The translations under genes and the position numbers were made by a program. DNA of 64,000 nucleotides, from the NCBI GenBank assembly GCA_037189525.1, contig JBBCJC010000005.1:960001-1024000 (forward strand). The letters run 5' to 3'. The DNA comes from Gemmatimonadales bacterium (GTDB taxonomy: Bacteria; Gemmatimonadota; Gemmatimonadetes; Gemmatimonadales; GWC2-71-9). Below are positions 20,280-31,240 of the stretch, one piece after another; the stretch's first letter is position 1, and each line of letters opens with the position of its first letter. The notes under the pieces were generated by a model. That model saw only the letters and a list, made by a program, of their open reading frames with translations. It was not told where the DNA came from and did not search any database.

Positions 20280-21674
20280 ATGCGAACCTATCGTGGATGG
20301 AGCACCCGGGCAGCCGGGCTGCTGACCGTAGCTGCGCTCGTGACGGGCGGCTGCAGCCGAGAGGATCTCCTCTCGGTCGACACGCCCGACCAGTTGCCGG
20401 TCACCGAGGGCAACAGCCCGGCCGGCGCCGCCGCGCTCCGGGCGGCAGCCGTCGGCAATTTCAACAACTTCTACAGCGGCACGGTGCTCATGGGCGTCGT
20501 GCTGTACGTGGGCGTCCTGAGTGATGAGTTGATCAACGCCCGTCCGGGCGGCGAACACCTGGACATCCGCGCCTTCAACCCCAACGTGTTCCCGAACCGG
20601 CCGTGGGAGAACTTCTCCAACGCGTACACCCAGATCATCCGGGCCACCGGAGCGCTGCAGCAGTACGGCGCCGAGGGCGCGGCGCGGAACACGCAGGTCG
20701 GTAACCTGCTCGCCATCCGCGGCATTGCCACGACCATCGTGGGTGAGCTGTTCTGCAACGGCGTGCCGCTGTCCGACGTGGCCGACGTTCGCGGTGAGCA
20801 GCCCACCACGACGACCGTGACGACGACGCAGTTGTACGAGCAGTCGATCCGCGCCTTCGATAGCGCGCTGGCCGTGCTGGGTACTACCGGTGCGGACGTG
20901 AATCAGCGGTACCTGGCCCGGATCGGAAAGGCCCGCGCGCTGGTCAACCTGAACCGGTACGCCGATGCCGCCGCCGTGGTCAAGGCCGGTGGTGACGGAG
21001 CCGGATCGGTGGCGGTTCCGTCCAACTTCGTCTTCCGGAGCAGCCATTCGCAGACCTCGAATGCGCACGCGGTGTACGACTGGATGGTCGGTACGGCCAA
21101 CTTCGGCCCGTCCGACAATGAGGGCGGCAACGGCCTCAACTTCCGGAGCGCCAACGACCCGCGCGTCGTGATCGGAACGACCTTCCGGCTCGGCCAGGAC
21201 GGATCGACGCAGGTCTACACCATTGCCGGGTATCCGGATGGCAATACCTCGAGCGACATTGCCACCGGCGTCGAAGCGCGTTTGATCGAGGCCGAGGCTG
21301 CGCTCAAGGACGGCGATGTCACCGGGTATCTCGCGGCGCTCAACGCTCCGCGGGCGGACGCCGCGGTTCGGGCGAGCCGCAAGGTGCCGATCTCGACGGA
21401 CCCGGCGGTGCTGCCGCCGCTGACCGATCCGGGGACCCCTGAAGGACGGGTCGACCTGCTCTTCCGCGAGCGGGCGTTCTGGATGTACCTCACCGGCCAC
21501 CGCGTCGGCGACCTCCGCCGCCTGGTGCGCCAGTACGGCCGCAACTCCGAAACCGTCTGGCCGACGGGCGCCTACTTCAAGGGCGGCGTCTACGGCACCG
21601 ATCAGAACCTGATCCCGATGGGCACGGAGTTGACCAACCCGGGTTGGACCGCCTGCACGGATCGTAACGCCTGA
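20280..21674 (+). CDS. SusD/RagB family surface lipoprotein
   Basis: Lipobox VTGGC; 'LSDE', 'EARLIEAEA', 'LFRERAFWMYLTGHRVGDLRR'. Directly downstream of susC. Confidence 0.88.
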   Translation: MRTYRGWSTRAAGLLTVAALVTGGCSREDLLSVDTPDQLPVTEGNSPAGAAALRAAAVGNFNNFYSGTVLMGVVLYVGVLSDELINARPGGEHLDIRAFNPNVFPNRPWENFSNAYTQIIRATGALQQYGAEGAARNTQVGNLLAIRGIATTIVGELFCNGVPLSDVADVRGEQPTTTTVTTTQLYEQSIRAFDSALAVLGTTGADVNQRYLARIGKARALVNLNRYADAAAVVKAGGDGAGSVAVPSNFVFRSSHSQTSNAHAVYDWMVGTANFGPSDNEGGNGLNFRSANDPRVVIGTTFRLGQDGSTQVYTIAGYPDGNTSSDIATGVEARLIEAEAALKDGDVTGYLAALNAPRADAAVRASRKVPISTDPAVLPPLTDPGTPEGRVDLLFRERAFWMYLTGHRVGDLRRLVRQYGRNSETVWPTGAYFKGGVYGTDQNLIPMGTELTNPGWTACTDRNA

Positions 21675-21686
21675 TCCTGTTCGGCA

Positions 21687-21718
21687 CGGTGCAGCGCTGC
21701 TCACGTAGCGCTGCACCG
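21687..21718. other. Strong RNA hairpin directly after susD (stability element or part of a tandem terminator)
   Basis: CGGTGCAGCGCT (21687-21698)/AGCGCTGCACCG (21707-21718). Confidence 0.6.
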
Positions 21719-21720
21719 AC

Positions 21721-21767
21721 AAACGGCCCCGCCAGCGATTCCGATCGCCGGCGGGGCCGTTTCGTTT
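21721..21767. terminator. Bidirectional rho-independent terminator between convergent susD and prfC
   Basis: AAACGGCCCCGCC (21721-21733)/GGCGGGGCCGTTT (21750-21762), then CGTTT. Confidence 0.8.
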
Positions 21768-21790
21768 GCAGGGAAACCGTTTCGCGGCTA

Positions 21791-23440
<1,650 letters not shown>

Positions 23441-23631
23441 GAACCACTCCAGGGTTGAGGCGCCGATTGCGCTCGGGCCCAAGATAACGCCCCCGCTCGG
23501 CACCGCGCCGACTGCTGACAGGACCCCGATTCGAAGCGATATTGGACAGATGGGCGGAATCCGGCCGGAGGTGTGCCCCACCCCGGCCGGCGGGCGTCCC
23601 CCTTTGCGCAGGCGACCTCAGGAGGCTCCAG

Positions 23632-24366
23632 ATGCAACGGTACGCGCTCCCGTTTGTGGTGCTCGGCGCGCTCTTGGGTCCGGCTGTTCTCGAGGCGCAG
23701 GCGGTGCTGATCGGTCGGGTCGTGAACGATTCCACCAAGGCGCCGATTGCCGGAGCGGAGATCATCCTCGAGCCCAACGCGCGGCGGCTCGAATCGGATT
23801 CCCTCGGGCGATTCGTCCTCGACCGGCTGCCGCTGGGCGCCGCCAGCGCCATCGTCCGGAAAATCGGATACCGGGGTGTCCGAGTCCGCACCCTGATCTT
23901 CAGCAGCGACACGCTCGATGTCGAAGTCCCGCTCGAAGCCGCCGGCGCCTACGAACTCGCCCCGATCGAGGTGGTGGCTTCGGGCGTACCACCGGGCATG
24001 GCTGCTTACGCCGAGCGCCGGCTGCGCGGCACCGGCAGCTACATCGATGCCGATGAGTTGCGACGTTCGGAATCGCGCGGACTGAGCGACTTGCTCCGCA
24101 TGCAACGCGGCATCCGGATGACCGCCAACCGGTACGGCCGATGGATCGTCACCGGCACCCGATCCAACTGCCCCATGACGATTTGGATCGACGGAATCAA
24201 GATCTACGATCTGTCGTCACGCATCGGGCCGCCCGACATCGACGACTTTCCGATCATGCAACTCGAAGCTATCGAGATCTATCGCGGCGGCGCCGACACG
24301 CCGCCGGAACTGGATCCCGGCCGCAGCGGGTGCGGTACGATCGTCCTCTGGACCCGCCGGCGCTAA
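23632..24366 (+). CDS. Secreted carboxypeptidase-regulatory-like domain + TonB-receptor plug-like domain protein, no barrel
   Basis: AGGAGG SD, signal peptide, 'GRVVND...PIAGAEI...SDSLGRF...RKIGY', then 'IWIDG...LEAIEIYRG...CGTIVLWTR' and stop. Confidence 0.75.
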   Translation: MQRYALPFVVLGALLGPAVLEAQAVLIGRVVNDSTKAPIAGAEIILEPNARRLESDSLGRFVLDRLPLGAASAIVRKIGYRGVRVRTLIFSSDTLDVEVPLEAAGAYELAPIEVVASGVPPGMAAYAERRLRGTGSYIDADELRRSESRGLSDLLRMQRGIRMTANRYGRWIVTGTRSNCPMTIWIDGIKIYDLSSRIGPPDIDDFPIMQLEAIEIYRGGADTPPELDPGRSGCGTIVLWTRRR

Positions 24367-24435
24367 TTCCGCGGGTGTGCTGTAATACGCCAGCCGGGCG
24401 TCTCCCAAGATAGAACCTCAAACGGGGGGCGCATC

Positions 24436-24585
24436 ATGCTGGAGACCATTGCGGTCGTGCTCTTGGTCTTGTGGGTCCTTGGGCTCGTGAGCAGCTATAC
24501 CATCGGCGGATTCATTCACGTTCTCCTGGTGCTCGCGATCGTCATCGTCCTGCTCCGGGTCATTCGCGGCCGGAAACCGGTGTAA
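24436..24585 (+). CDS. Small lmo0937-family (DUF5670) membrane protein, 49 aa, not in the ORF track
   Basis: Translated by hand: MLETIAVVLLVLWVLGLVSSYTIGGFIHVLLVLAIVIVLLRVIRGRKPV, which has the 'LW.LG......GG.IH.LLV.A' family pattern. Confidence 0.85.
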   Translation: MLETIAVVLLVLWVLGLVSSYTIGGFIHVLLVLAIVIVLLRVIRGRKPV

Positions 24586-24591
24586 TTCGGA

Positions 24592-25767
24592 TCACCGCAT
24601 CAAGCGCGGTAGCTGGGTAGCAACCGTATACGCACCCAGCGCGGCCATCGCTACGGCAACCGTCAACGCCGCAGCGATGAGCCACCCGGGCTGCGGCACT
24701 ACCTGCCGGTACGGCTCGCGCCGCAGCGCGACGAGCACCGTGCCGAGCGCCATCGGCAGAATCAGTCCGTTGAGCGCACCAACCGCCACCAGAATCCTGA
24801 CCGGCTGTCCAACCAGCAGAAAGATCAGCGTACCTGCCAGGATGAACACGGCCGTCAGGAGCCTCCGCCGGGCGCTCCAGCGCTGGAGGAACGTCACCGA
24901 GGTATAGGCCGAGCCGATGACCGACGTGAGCGCAGCGGCCCACATCACCAGCCCGAAGATTCGATATCCGATATCACCTGCCGCAATCCGGAAGACCGAC
25001 GCCGGCGGATTCGATGGATCGATGGTGTGCCCCGCCGCCACCACGCCGAGCGCGCCGAGAAACAGGATGACACGCATGGCCGTGGCGATCCCGATGCCGA
25101 GCAGCGCGCCGTGCGTTGCCGTCCTCATATGGGCCTGTCCTGCCACCCCGGCATCGAGCAGCCGGTGCGCACCGGCAAAGGTGATGTAGCCTCCGACGGT
25201 CCCGCCGACGATGGTCACTACGGCCAGCGGATGGATCCGTTCCGGCAAGACGGTCCGATAGAGCGCCTCCCCGATCGGGGGATCGGCCCAGATGGCCACC
25301 GCGAGCGCCAGTGCCACCATCACGAGCCCCAGCACTTTGACGACCGCGTCCATGAAGCGTCCGGCATCCCGCACCAGGAACACACCCAGGGCCAGGACGG
25401 CACTCAGCACCGCCCCGAGGCGGATGTCGATCCCGGTCAGGACGTGGAGGCCCAACCCGGCGCCGGCCACGTTGCCGATGTTGAAGGCCAGGCCGCCCAG
25501 CGCGACCAGGCCACTGAGGAGCGCGCCGAGCCCGGGCCAGACCCGATCGGCCAGCTGCGGCGCGGACTCGCCTGCGCCGATCAGCACCCGCCAGATGAGC
25601 AGTTGCGCCGCCAGGTCGAAAACGACAGACACCAGAATCGCAAACCCGAAGCTCGCGCCCAGCTCGCCGGTAAAGACCGCGGTCTGGGTCAGGAAGCCGG
25701 GACCGATCGCGGAGATCGCCATTAGAAACGCGGCGCCGACGACGGCTGAACGTACCGGTGTGCTCAT
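24592..25767 (-). CDS. NRAMP-superfamily transporter, YcsG-like
   Basis: 'GAAFLMAISAIGPGFLTQTAVFT', 'GGLAFNIGNVAGAGLG', 'GGTVGGYITFAGAHRLLD'. Confidence 0.85.
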   Translation of the reverse strand: MSTPVRSAVVGAAFLMAISAIGPGFLTQTAVFTGELGASFGFAILVSVVFDLAAQLLIWRVLIGAGESAPQLADRVWPGLGALLSGLVALGGLAFNIGNVAGAGLGLHVLTGIDIRLGAVLSAVLALGVFLVRDAGRFMDAVVKVLGLVMVALALAVAIWADPPIGEALYRTVLPERIHPLAVVTIVGGTVGGYITFAGAHRLLDAGVAGQAHMRTATHGALLGIGIATAMRVILFLGALGVVAAGHTIDPSNPPASVFRIAAGDIGYRIFGLVMWAAALTSVIGSAYTSVTFLQRWSARRRLLTAVFILAGTLIFLLVGQPVRILVAVGALNGLILPMALGTVLVALRREPYRQVVPQPGWLIAAALTVAVAMAALGAYTVATQLPRLMR

Positions 25768-25830
25768 GAATTTCCTGATCCTGTTGTCCCGCCTGACCTG
25801 GCCGATCGGCCGCCGTTATATTCGCAGATC

Positions 25831-27231
25831 GTGACTTCCATGACACCACCATCGCCTGTACGGGTCGCCGTCATCGGCGCCGGCCCAGCCGGATTCTTTC
25901 TGGCCGATAAGCTGCTTTCGCAGTCCGATGTCCCGATTGCCGTCGACATGTTCGAACGCCTGCCGGTGCCGTACGGGCTGGTGCGATTCGGCGTTGCCCC
26001 GGACCATGAGAAGATCAAACTGGTCACCCGAGCCTTCGACAAGGTGTCGGCACGAGCCGGTTTCCGCTATTACGGCAACGTCGAAGTCGGCACGACGGTA
26101 ACGCTCCAGGAGCTGCAGCAGCACTACCACGCCATTGCCTTTACCACCGGCGCCCAGTCGGACCGCCGGATGGGCATTCCGGGTGAAGAGCTGGCCGGCA
26201 GCCACGCAGCAACCGAACTGGTGGCCTGGTACAACGGACATCCGGACTATCGGGATCGCCAGTTCGACCTGAGCGCCGAGCGGGTGGCCGTGATCGGGGT
26301 CGGCAACGTGGCCGTCGACGTGGCCCGGATCCTCTGCCGTTCGGCCGACGAACTGGGACGGACCGACATGGCCGACCACGCCGTCGAAGCGCTCCGGCAG
26401 AGCGGGATTCGCGAAGTCCTGCTGCTCGGCCGCCGCGGACCGGTCCAGGCCGCCTTCACCACTCCCGAGGTCAAAGAACTCGGCGAGCTCGAACATGCCG
26501 ACGCGTTGGCGCTTCCGGAAGAGGTGGCGCTGGACCCGTTGAGCGCCGCGCAGTTCGCCACGATCGAAGATCCGAGCGAGCGTCGCAAGATCGAGGTCCT
26601 GAACGAGCTGGCAACCCGGAGCCGAACCGGCAAGGCCCGGTGCCTGACGCTCCGCTTCTTGGTGTCGCCGCTGGAACTGGTGGACGACGGCACGGGACGG
26701 GTGGGCGCGATTCGGGTCGGCAAGAATCGGCTGGTCGAGCGCGACGGCGCCCTGGTTGCCGAACCGACGGGCGAAGTGGAGGAGATTCCGGTCGGACTGG
26801 TTTTCCGCTCGGTGGGCTATCGCGGCAAGCCGATCCCGGGACTGCCGTTCGACGAACGGCGCGGCACGGTGCCGAATACCCAGGGTCGCGTCACCGATCC
26901 AGCGTCCGGGCAGGCCCTTCCGGGCCTCTACGTCGCCGGCTGGATCAAGCGCGGGCCGAGCGGCGTGATCGGGACCAACAAGCCGGATGCGGCGGAAACC
27001 GCCGACGCGATTCTCTCGGACGCCCGAAACGAACAGCTTCCGGTTCCGTCCTCCTCGTCGGGCGACGCGATCGACCAGCTGATTCGCGCGCGTCAGAGTG
27101 ATCTGGTCACCTGGACCGACTGGCAGCGGATCAACGACGCCGAAACCACGGCGGGCAAGACTGCCGGGCGGCCGCGGGTCAAACTGACCCGGGTGACCGA
27201 GTTGGTCAACGCCAGCCGCGCATCCTCATGA
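25831..27231 (+). CDS. Ferredoxin/adrenodoxin-NADP+ reductase (FprA-like)
   Basis: 'IGAGPAG', 'PYGLVRFGVAPDH', 'GVGNVAVDVAR', 'GRRGPVQAAFT', 'GWIKRGPSGVIGTNK'. Start could be ATG 25840. Confidence 0.9.
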   Translation: MTSMTPPSPVRVAVIGAGPAGFFLADKLLSQSDVPIAVDMFERLPVPYGLVRFGVAPDHEKIKLVTRAFDKVSARAGFRYYGNVEVGTTVTLQELQQHYHAIAFTTGAQSDRRMGIPGEELAGSHAATELVAWYNGHPDYRDRQFDLSAERVAVIGVGNVAVDVARILCRSADELGRTDMADHAVEALRQSGIREVLLLGRRGPVQAAFTTPEVKELGELEHADALALPEEVALDPLSAAQFATIEDPSERRKIEVLNELATRSRTGKARCLTLRFLVSPLELVDDGTGRVGAIRVGKNRLVERDGALVAEPTGEVEEIPVGLVFRSVGYRGKPIPGLPFDERRGTVPNTQGRVTDPASGQALPGLYVAGWIKRGPSGVIGTNKPDAAETADAILSDARNEQLPVPSSSSGDAIDQLIRARQSDLVTWTDWQRINDAETTAGKTAGRPRVKLTRVTELVNASRASS

Positions 27232-28502
27232 CTCGTTTGCTGCGCCGGTTCGGGTTTACCCTCGTCGGCGCGGCATTGCTCGCCGGCCAACCCAACCCCG
27301 CCGCTGCGCAACAAGTCAACACCTTCGACGCCGAGCGGCTGGCCCGCCTCGATCGCGTCATGACGGACCTGGTCGATCGCGGCGCCATGGCGGGCGCGGT
27401 CACCCTGATTCTGCATAACGGCGTCCCGGTGCATCGGGGCGCCTACGGCTGGGCCGATAAGCCGGCCGGGCGCCGGCTCCAGCATGACGCGCTGTTTCGG
27501 ATTGCCTCGCAGACCAAAGCCATCACCGCCGTCGGGGTGATGCTCCTGGTCGAAGAAGGCCGCCTCACGCTGGCCGACCCGGTCTCCCGCTACCTGCCGA
27601 GCTTTGCCAAAACCACGGTTGCGGTCGCTACGGATACCGGCCGGGCCGTGGTGCCGGCGCGGCGTCCGATCACGATTCGCGACCTGCTGACCCACACGTC
27701 CGGCATTTCCTACGGCACCGATCCGTTGGTCGCTCCGCTCTACCAGGCCGCGGGGCTCGGGCCCGCCGCCGGTTTCGGATGGTACACCGCCGACAAAGAC
27801 GAGCCAATTTGCGACACCATGGACCGGCTCGGCACGCTGCCGTTCGTTCGCCAGCCGGGTGAGGCATACGTTTACGGATACGGCAATGACGTCGCGGGGT
27901 GCATCATCGAGCGGGTGACCGGCCAGCCCCTCGATCGCTTTTTTGCCACCCGGATCTTCGCGCCGCTCGGGATGACCGACACGTACTTCTTCGTCCCGGC
28001 CGACAAGGCTGCGCGCCTTGCGGCTGTGCATCGCGACAGCGCGGGGTCGATCGTGCGGGCGCCCGAAGGGGCACGGGGCCAGGGGCACTACGTGCAGGGC
28101 CCCCGCCGAAGCTTTGCCGGCGGCGCGGGCCTGGTGTCGACCGCAGAAGACTACGGGCGCTTCCTCCGAATGCTGCAGAACGACGGGGCGCTCGACGGCA
28201 CCCGCCTCCTGGCGCCATCGACGGTTCGCCTCCTGACCACCAACCTGGTCGGTACGCTGCACTCCGGCGACGGATACGGCTACAGCCTGGCGTTCCAGAC
28301 GACCGAACGGACCGGCGCCGGAGCCACGCCGCAATCGGCCGGCAGCTACGGATGGGGCGGCGCCTATCAGAGCAGCTACCTCGTCGACCCCGCCCAGGGG
28401 ATCATCGCCATTCTGCTGACGCAACACCTGCCCAATCTCCCGGTCGATGTCCGCGGCATCTTCCGCAACCTGGTGTATCAGGCCCTCGTACCGGCCCGCT
28501 GA
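27228..28502 (+). CDS. Secreted serine hydrolase, beta-lactamase/class C-like family
   Basis: Signal peptide, 'FRIASQTK' (SxxK), 'LLTHTSG', 'GWGG'. Confidence 0.88.
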   Translation: MTRLLRRFGFTLVGAALLAGQPNPAAAQQVNTFDAERLARLDRVMTDLVDRGAMAGAVTLILHNGVPVHRGAYGWADKPAGRRLQHDALFRIASQTKAITAVGVMLLVEEGRLTLADPVSRYLPSFAKTTVAVATDTGRAVVPARRPITIRDLLTHTSGISYGTDPLVAPLYQAAGLGPAAGFGWYTADKDEPICDTMDRLGTLPFVRQPGEAYVYGYGNDVAGCIIERVTGQPLDRFFATRIFAPLGMTDTYFFVPADKAARLAAVHRDSAGSIVRAPEGARGQGHYVQGPRRSFAGGAGLVSTAEDYGRFLRMLQNDGALDGTRLLAPSTVRLLTTNLVGTLHSGDGYGYSLAFQTTERTGAGATPQSAGSYGWGGAYQSSYLVDPAQGIIAILLTQHLPNLPVDVRGIFRNLVYQALVPAR

Positions 28503-28511
28503 CCGGCGGCA

Positions 28512-29228
28512 ATGTCCCTCCTCCTCTGGATCGCGATCACCGCGATCATAGCCGTCGGGGCATTCCTGCAGGCCACGCTGGGCTTCGGCATGGCGCTGCT
28601 CGCGGCCCCGCTGCTCGCCCTGCTCGATCCCTCGCTGATTCCCGGCCCGATGCTCCTGACGTCGGCGCTGCTCACCCTGCTGATGACGCGCCGAGAGTGG
28701 CACGCGGTGCGGGGCCGAGACCTGGGCTGGTCGCTGGGCGGACGGGTCATCGGCATCGTGGTTGCGCTCGCGGTGATGGACCGGATTTCTACCAACGGGA
28801 TGGATCTGCTGTTCGGGGCGATCGTCCTGGGCGCGGTGCTGATGTCGGCGGGCGGTATGTCGTTTCGTCTGACGCCAGGCACACTCTGGCATGCCGGGAT
28901 GGTTTCGGGCCTGATGGGAACGGTGACTTCGATCGGCGGACCGCCGATGGCCCTGATCTACCAGAACGAACGTGGTCCCGAGGTCCGGGGCACCCTGTCG
29001 GCGTACTTCCTGGTCGGGACGATCCTGTCCGTGATGGGACTCGCCTGGGCCGGTCGCTTCGGCCTGCTCGAGCTCAGGACCGGATTGATGCTCTGCCCCG
29101 GGGTGATCCTAGGCTATCTGGCGTCCCGCCGTGCGCTGGGTTTCATGGACCGGCGCGGTCTCCGGCCGGCCATTCTCGCGATGGCCGCAGCCTCCGGCCT
29201 GGTCGTGATCCTGCGCCAACTGCTCTAG
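28512..29228 (+). CDS. Sulfite exporter TauE/SafE family protein
   Basis: 'GFGMALLAAPLL', 'SIGGPP'; about 8 TM segments. Confidence 0.85.
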   Translation: MSLLLWIAITAIIAVGAFLQATLGFGMALLAAPLLALLDPSLIPGPMLLTSALLTLLMTRREWHAVRGRDLGWSLGGRVIGIVVALAVMDRISTNGMDLLFGAIVLGAVLMSAGGMSFRLTPGTLWHAGMVSGLMGTVTSIGGPPMALIYQNERGPEVRGTLSAYFLVGTILSVMGLAWAGRFGLLELRTGLMLCPGVILGYLASRRALGFMDRRGLRPAILAMAAASGLVVILRQLL

Positions 29229-29296
29229 ACCTTCCTCGGCTCCGGGGGCGGGGCCATCTTTCAGGTGTCCATTCCCTCTCCCGCACGAGCGTCACG

Positions 29297-30565
29297 ATGA
29301 ACATGATCAAACGAACCGAACGAATCGTGGTCGCAGGCGCCAGTGTGCTGGCGCTCCAGACCGCCGATGCCGTCGCGCAGGACCCGGCCGACTTGCTCAC
29401 CCGGGCCCGCGCCATCCACGAGCGCGTCCTGACGCTCGATACGCACGTCGACATCAACCCGGCCAACTTCACCCGCGAACGCAGCTATGCAACGCGGCTG
29501 CCGACCCAGGTCAACATTCCGTCGATGGAGGAAGGGGGGCTCGACGCCGTCTTCCTGATCGTCTACGTCGGCCAGACGCAGGATTTTACCTCGGCGGGTT
29601 TTGCCAAAGCGACGGCGGCCGCGATGGAAAAGTTCGACGCCATCGATCGCCTGGTTACGCAGCTTGCGCCCGATCGAATTGCCCTGGCGCGCACCGCCGA
29701 TGAGGTCCGCCGGATCTATGCCTCGGGCAAGAAGGTGGCGCTGATCGGGGTCGAGAACGGCTACCAGCTGGGCACCGACATCAAGAATGTCGAGCGTTTC
29801 GCGGCCCGGGGCGCCCGCTACGTTTCGCTGGCTCACAACGGACACAGCCATCTTTCCGACTCCAACACCGGCGAGCGCGACGGCGTCTGGCTGCATAACG
29901 GCCTCTCCGATCTCGGCCGGCAGATGGTCGCCGAGCTGAACAAGTGGGGCGTCATGATCGACGTCTCCCACCCGTCCAAGCAGTCGATGATGCAGACCGT
30001 TGCCCTGAGCCGCGCGCCGATCATCGCGTCGCACTCGGGCGTCCGCGCCCTCTGCGATCACAGCCGCAACATGGACGACGAACAGCTCCGGGCCCTGGCC
30101 CGTAACGGAGGCGTCGTCCAGATCGTGGCCTTCAACGGTTACGTCAAGTGTCAGCAGGATTCCCCCGAGCGGCAGAAGGCGCTTGCTGCGCTTCGGGAGG
30201 AGTTCGGGGTACGCGGTAACCCCAATGCCTTGCCCGAGCCGCAGCGGACCCGCTTCCGCGACCGGATGAACGAACTCAATCGCCGGTTGCCGGCGCCCCC
30301 GCGGGCCACCGTGGCGGAGTTCGTCGACCATATCGACTACGCCGTCAAACTGATCGGGCTCGATCACGTCGGCATCAGTTCCGATTTCGACGGCGGCGGC
30401 GGCGTGGAGGGATGGAACAACGCGAGCGAAACGCTCAACGTGACCGTCGAGCTGGTGCGGCGCGGTTACACCGAGGAGCAGATCGCCAAGCTGTGGAGCG
30501 GCAACCTGCTGCGTGTGATGGAGCAGGTCGACCAGATCGGCAGGAAACTGCGCGGCGTGGCGTGA
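29297..30565 (+). CDS. Membrane dipeptidase (peptidase M19)
   Basis: 'DTHVD', 'GVENG', 'IDVSH', 'IASHS', 'DHIDY', 'GISSDFDGGG'. The real start is far downstream of the 27899 ORF-track start. Confidence 0.92.
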   Translation: MNMIKRTERIVVAGASVLALQTADAVAQDPADLLTRARAIHERVLTLDTHVDINPANFTRERSYATRLPTQVNIPSMEEGGLDAVFLIVYVGQTQDFTSAGFAKATAAAMEKFDAIDRLVTQLAPDRIALARTADEVRRIYASGKKVALIGVENGYQLGTDIKNVERFAARGARYVSLAHNGHSHLSDSNTGERDGVWLHNGLSDLGRQMVAELNKWGVMIDVSHPSKQSMMQTVALSRAPIIASHSGVRALCDHSRNMDDEQLRALARNGGVVQIVAFNGYVKCQQDSPERQKALAALREEFGVRGNPNALPEPQRTRFRDRMNELNRRLPAPPRATVAEFVDHIDYAVKLIGLDHVGISSDFDGGGGVEGWNNASETLNVTVELVRRGYTEEQIAKLWSGNLLRVMEQVDQIGRKLRGVA

Positions 30566-31194
30566 CGACCGACCGCGGCTACGTCAATCGACAGCTTCCA
30601 CCCTCGATTGCGCGCCGCGGTGGGGCGCTGACTCGCTTGGTGGGGAGGACGATGCTCCGCCTCCTCGGCTGGCGGATCGAAGGCACCCTTCCCGATCGCG
30701 CCAAGCTGGTTGCCGTCGTCGCCCCGCATTCGTCCAACTGGGACTTTCTGGTCGGCATCGGGCTGGTCTTTGCCTGGAACCTCCGGGTTCGCTACATCGG
30801 CAAGAAGGAACTGTTCCGGTTTCCCCTGGGCCCGCTGATGTACTGGCTCGGGGGAATCGCCGTCGACCGCAAGGCCCCGGCCGGGCTGATCGACCAGGTG
30901 GTCGACGAGTTCGAACGGAGTCCGCAAATCCTGCTCGGCATTACCCCCGAAGGCACTCGCACTCCCGGAGTCCGGTGGAAGGCGGGGTTCTACTGGATCG
31001 CCCGGCGGGCGGGGGCAGCCATCCTGCCGGTCTACCTGGATTGGGGCCGCAAGGTGATCGGGTTCTGGCCCGCCTTCGAGCCGACCGAATCGCCCCAGGA
31101 CGACCTGGCCTATCTCGTTGGCAAATATGCGGTTATCCCAAGACACGACGGCACGTACATCGACCCGGAACGGGCCCTCCCCGACTTCTCGTGA
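30562..31194 (+). CDS. Lysophospholipid/1-acylglycerol-3-phosphate acyltransferase (PlsC family)
   Basis: 'APHSSNWD' (HxxxxD), 'PEGTR', 'WKAGFY'. GTGA overlap. Confidence 0.88.
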   Translation: MTTDRGYVNRQLPPSIARRGGALTRLVGRTMLRLLGWRIEGTLPDRAKLVAVVAPHSSNWDFLVGIGLVFAWNLRVRYIGKKELFRFPLGPLMYWLGGIAVDRKAPAGLIDQVVDEFERSPQILLGITPEGTRTPGVRWKAGFYWIARRAGAAILPVYLDWGRKVIGFWPAFEPTESPQDDLAYLVGKYAVIPRHDGTYIDPERALPDFS

Positions 31195-31198
31195 GCCT

Positions 31199-31230
31199 GT
31201 AAGCGCCTCGTAAGCGGGGCGGGCCAGATT
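31199..31230 (+). promoter_or_regulatory. SARP-type direct-repeat activator site plus -10 element
   Basis: GTAAGCG at 31199-31205 and 31210-31216 (11-bp period), 8 bp, CAGATT (31225-31230). Confidence 0.55.
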
Positions 31231-31240
31231 TGGCTGTACC

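Noticed and set aside
20217..20280. susC and susD are in frame, separated by a single TAA (possible readthrough fusion)
   Set aside because: SusC ends in the canonical C-terminal Phe needed for barrel assembly, SusD has its own SD and lipoprotein signal, and TAA is a poor readthrough codon.
16965..21722. 1585-aa ORF antisense to susC/susD
   Set aside because: It mirrors the codon frame of two strongly GC3-biased genes that happen to share a frame. The translation has no recognisable motifs, so it is a shadow ORF.
27899..29296. Apparent 888-aa dipeptidase with a long N-terminal extension
   Set aside because: The extension is an off-frame overlap of the serine hydrolase and TauE genes, with Arg/Pro/Gly-rich noise. 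The signal peptide begins at 29297.
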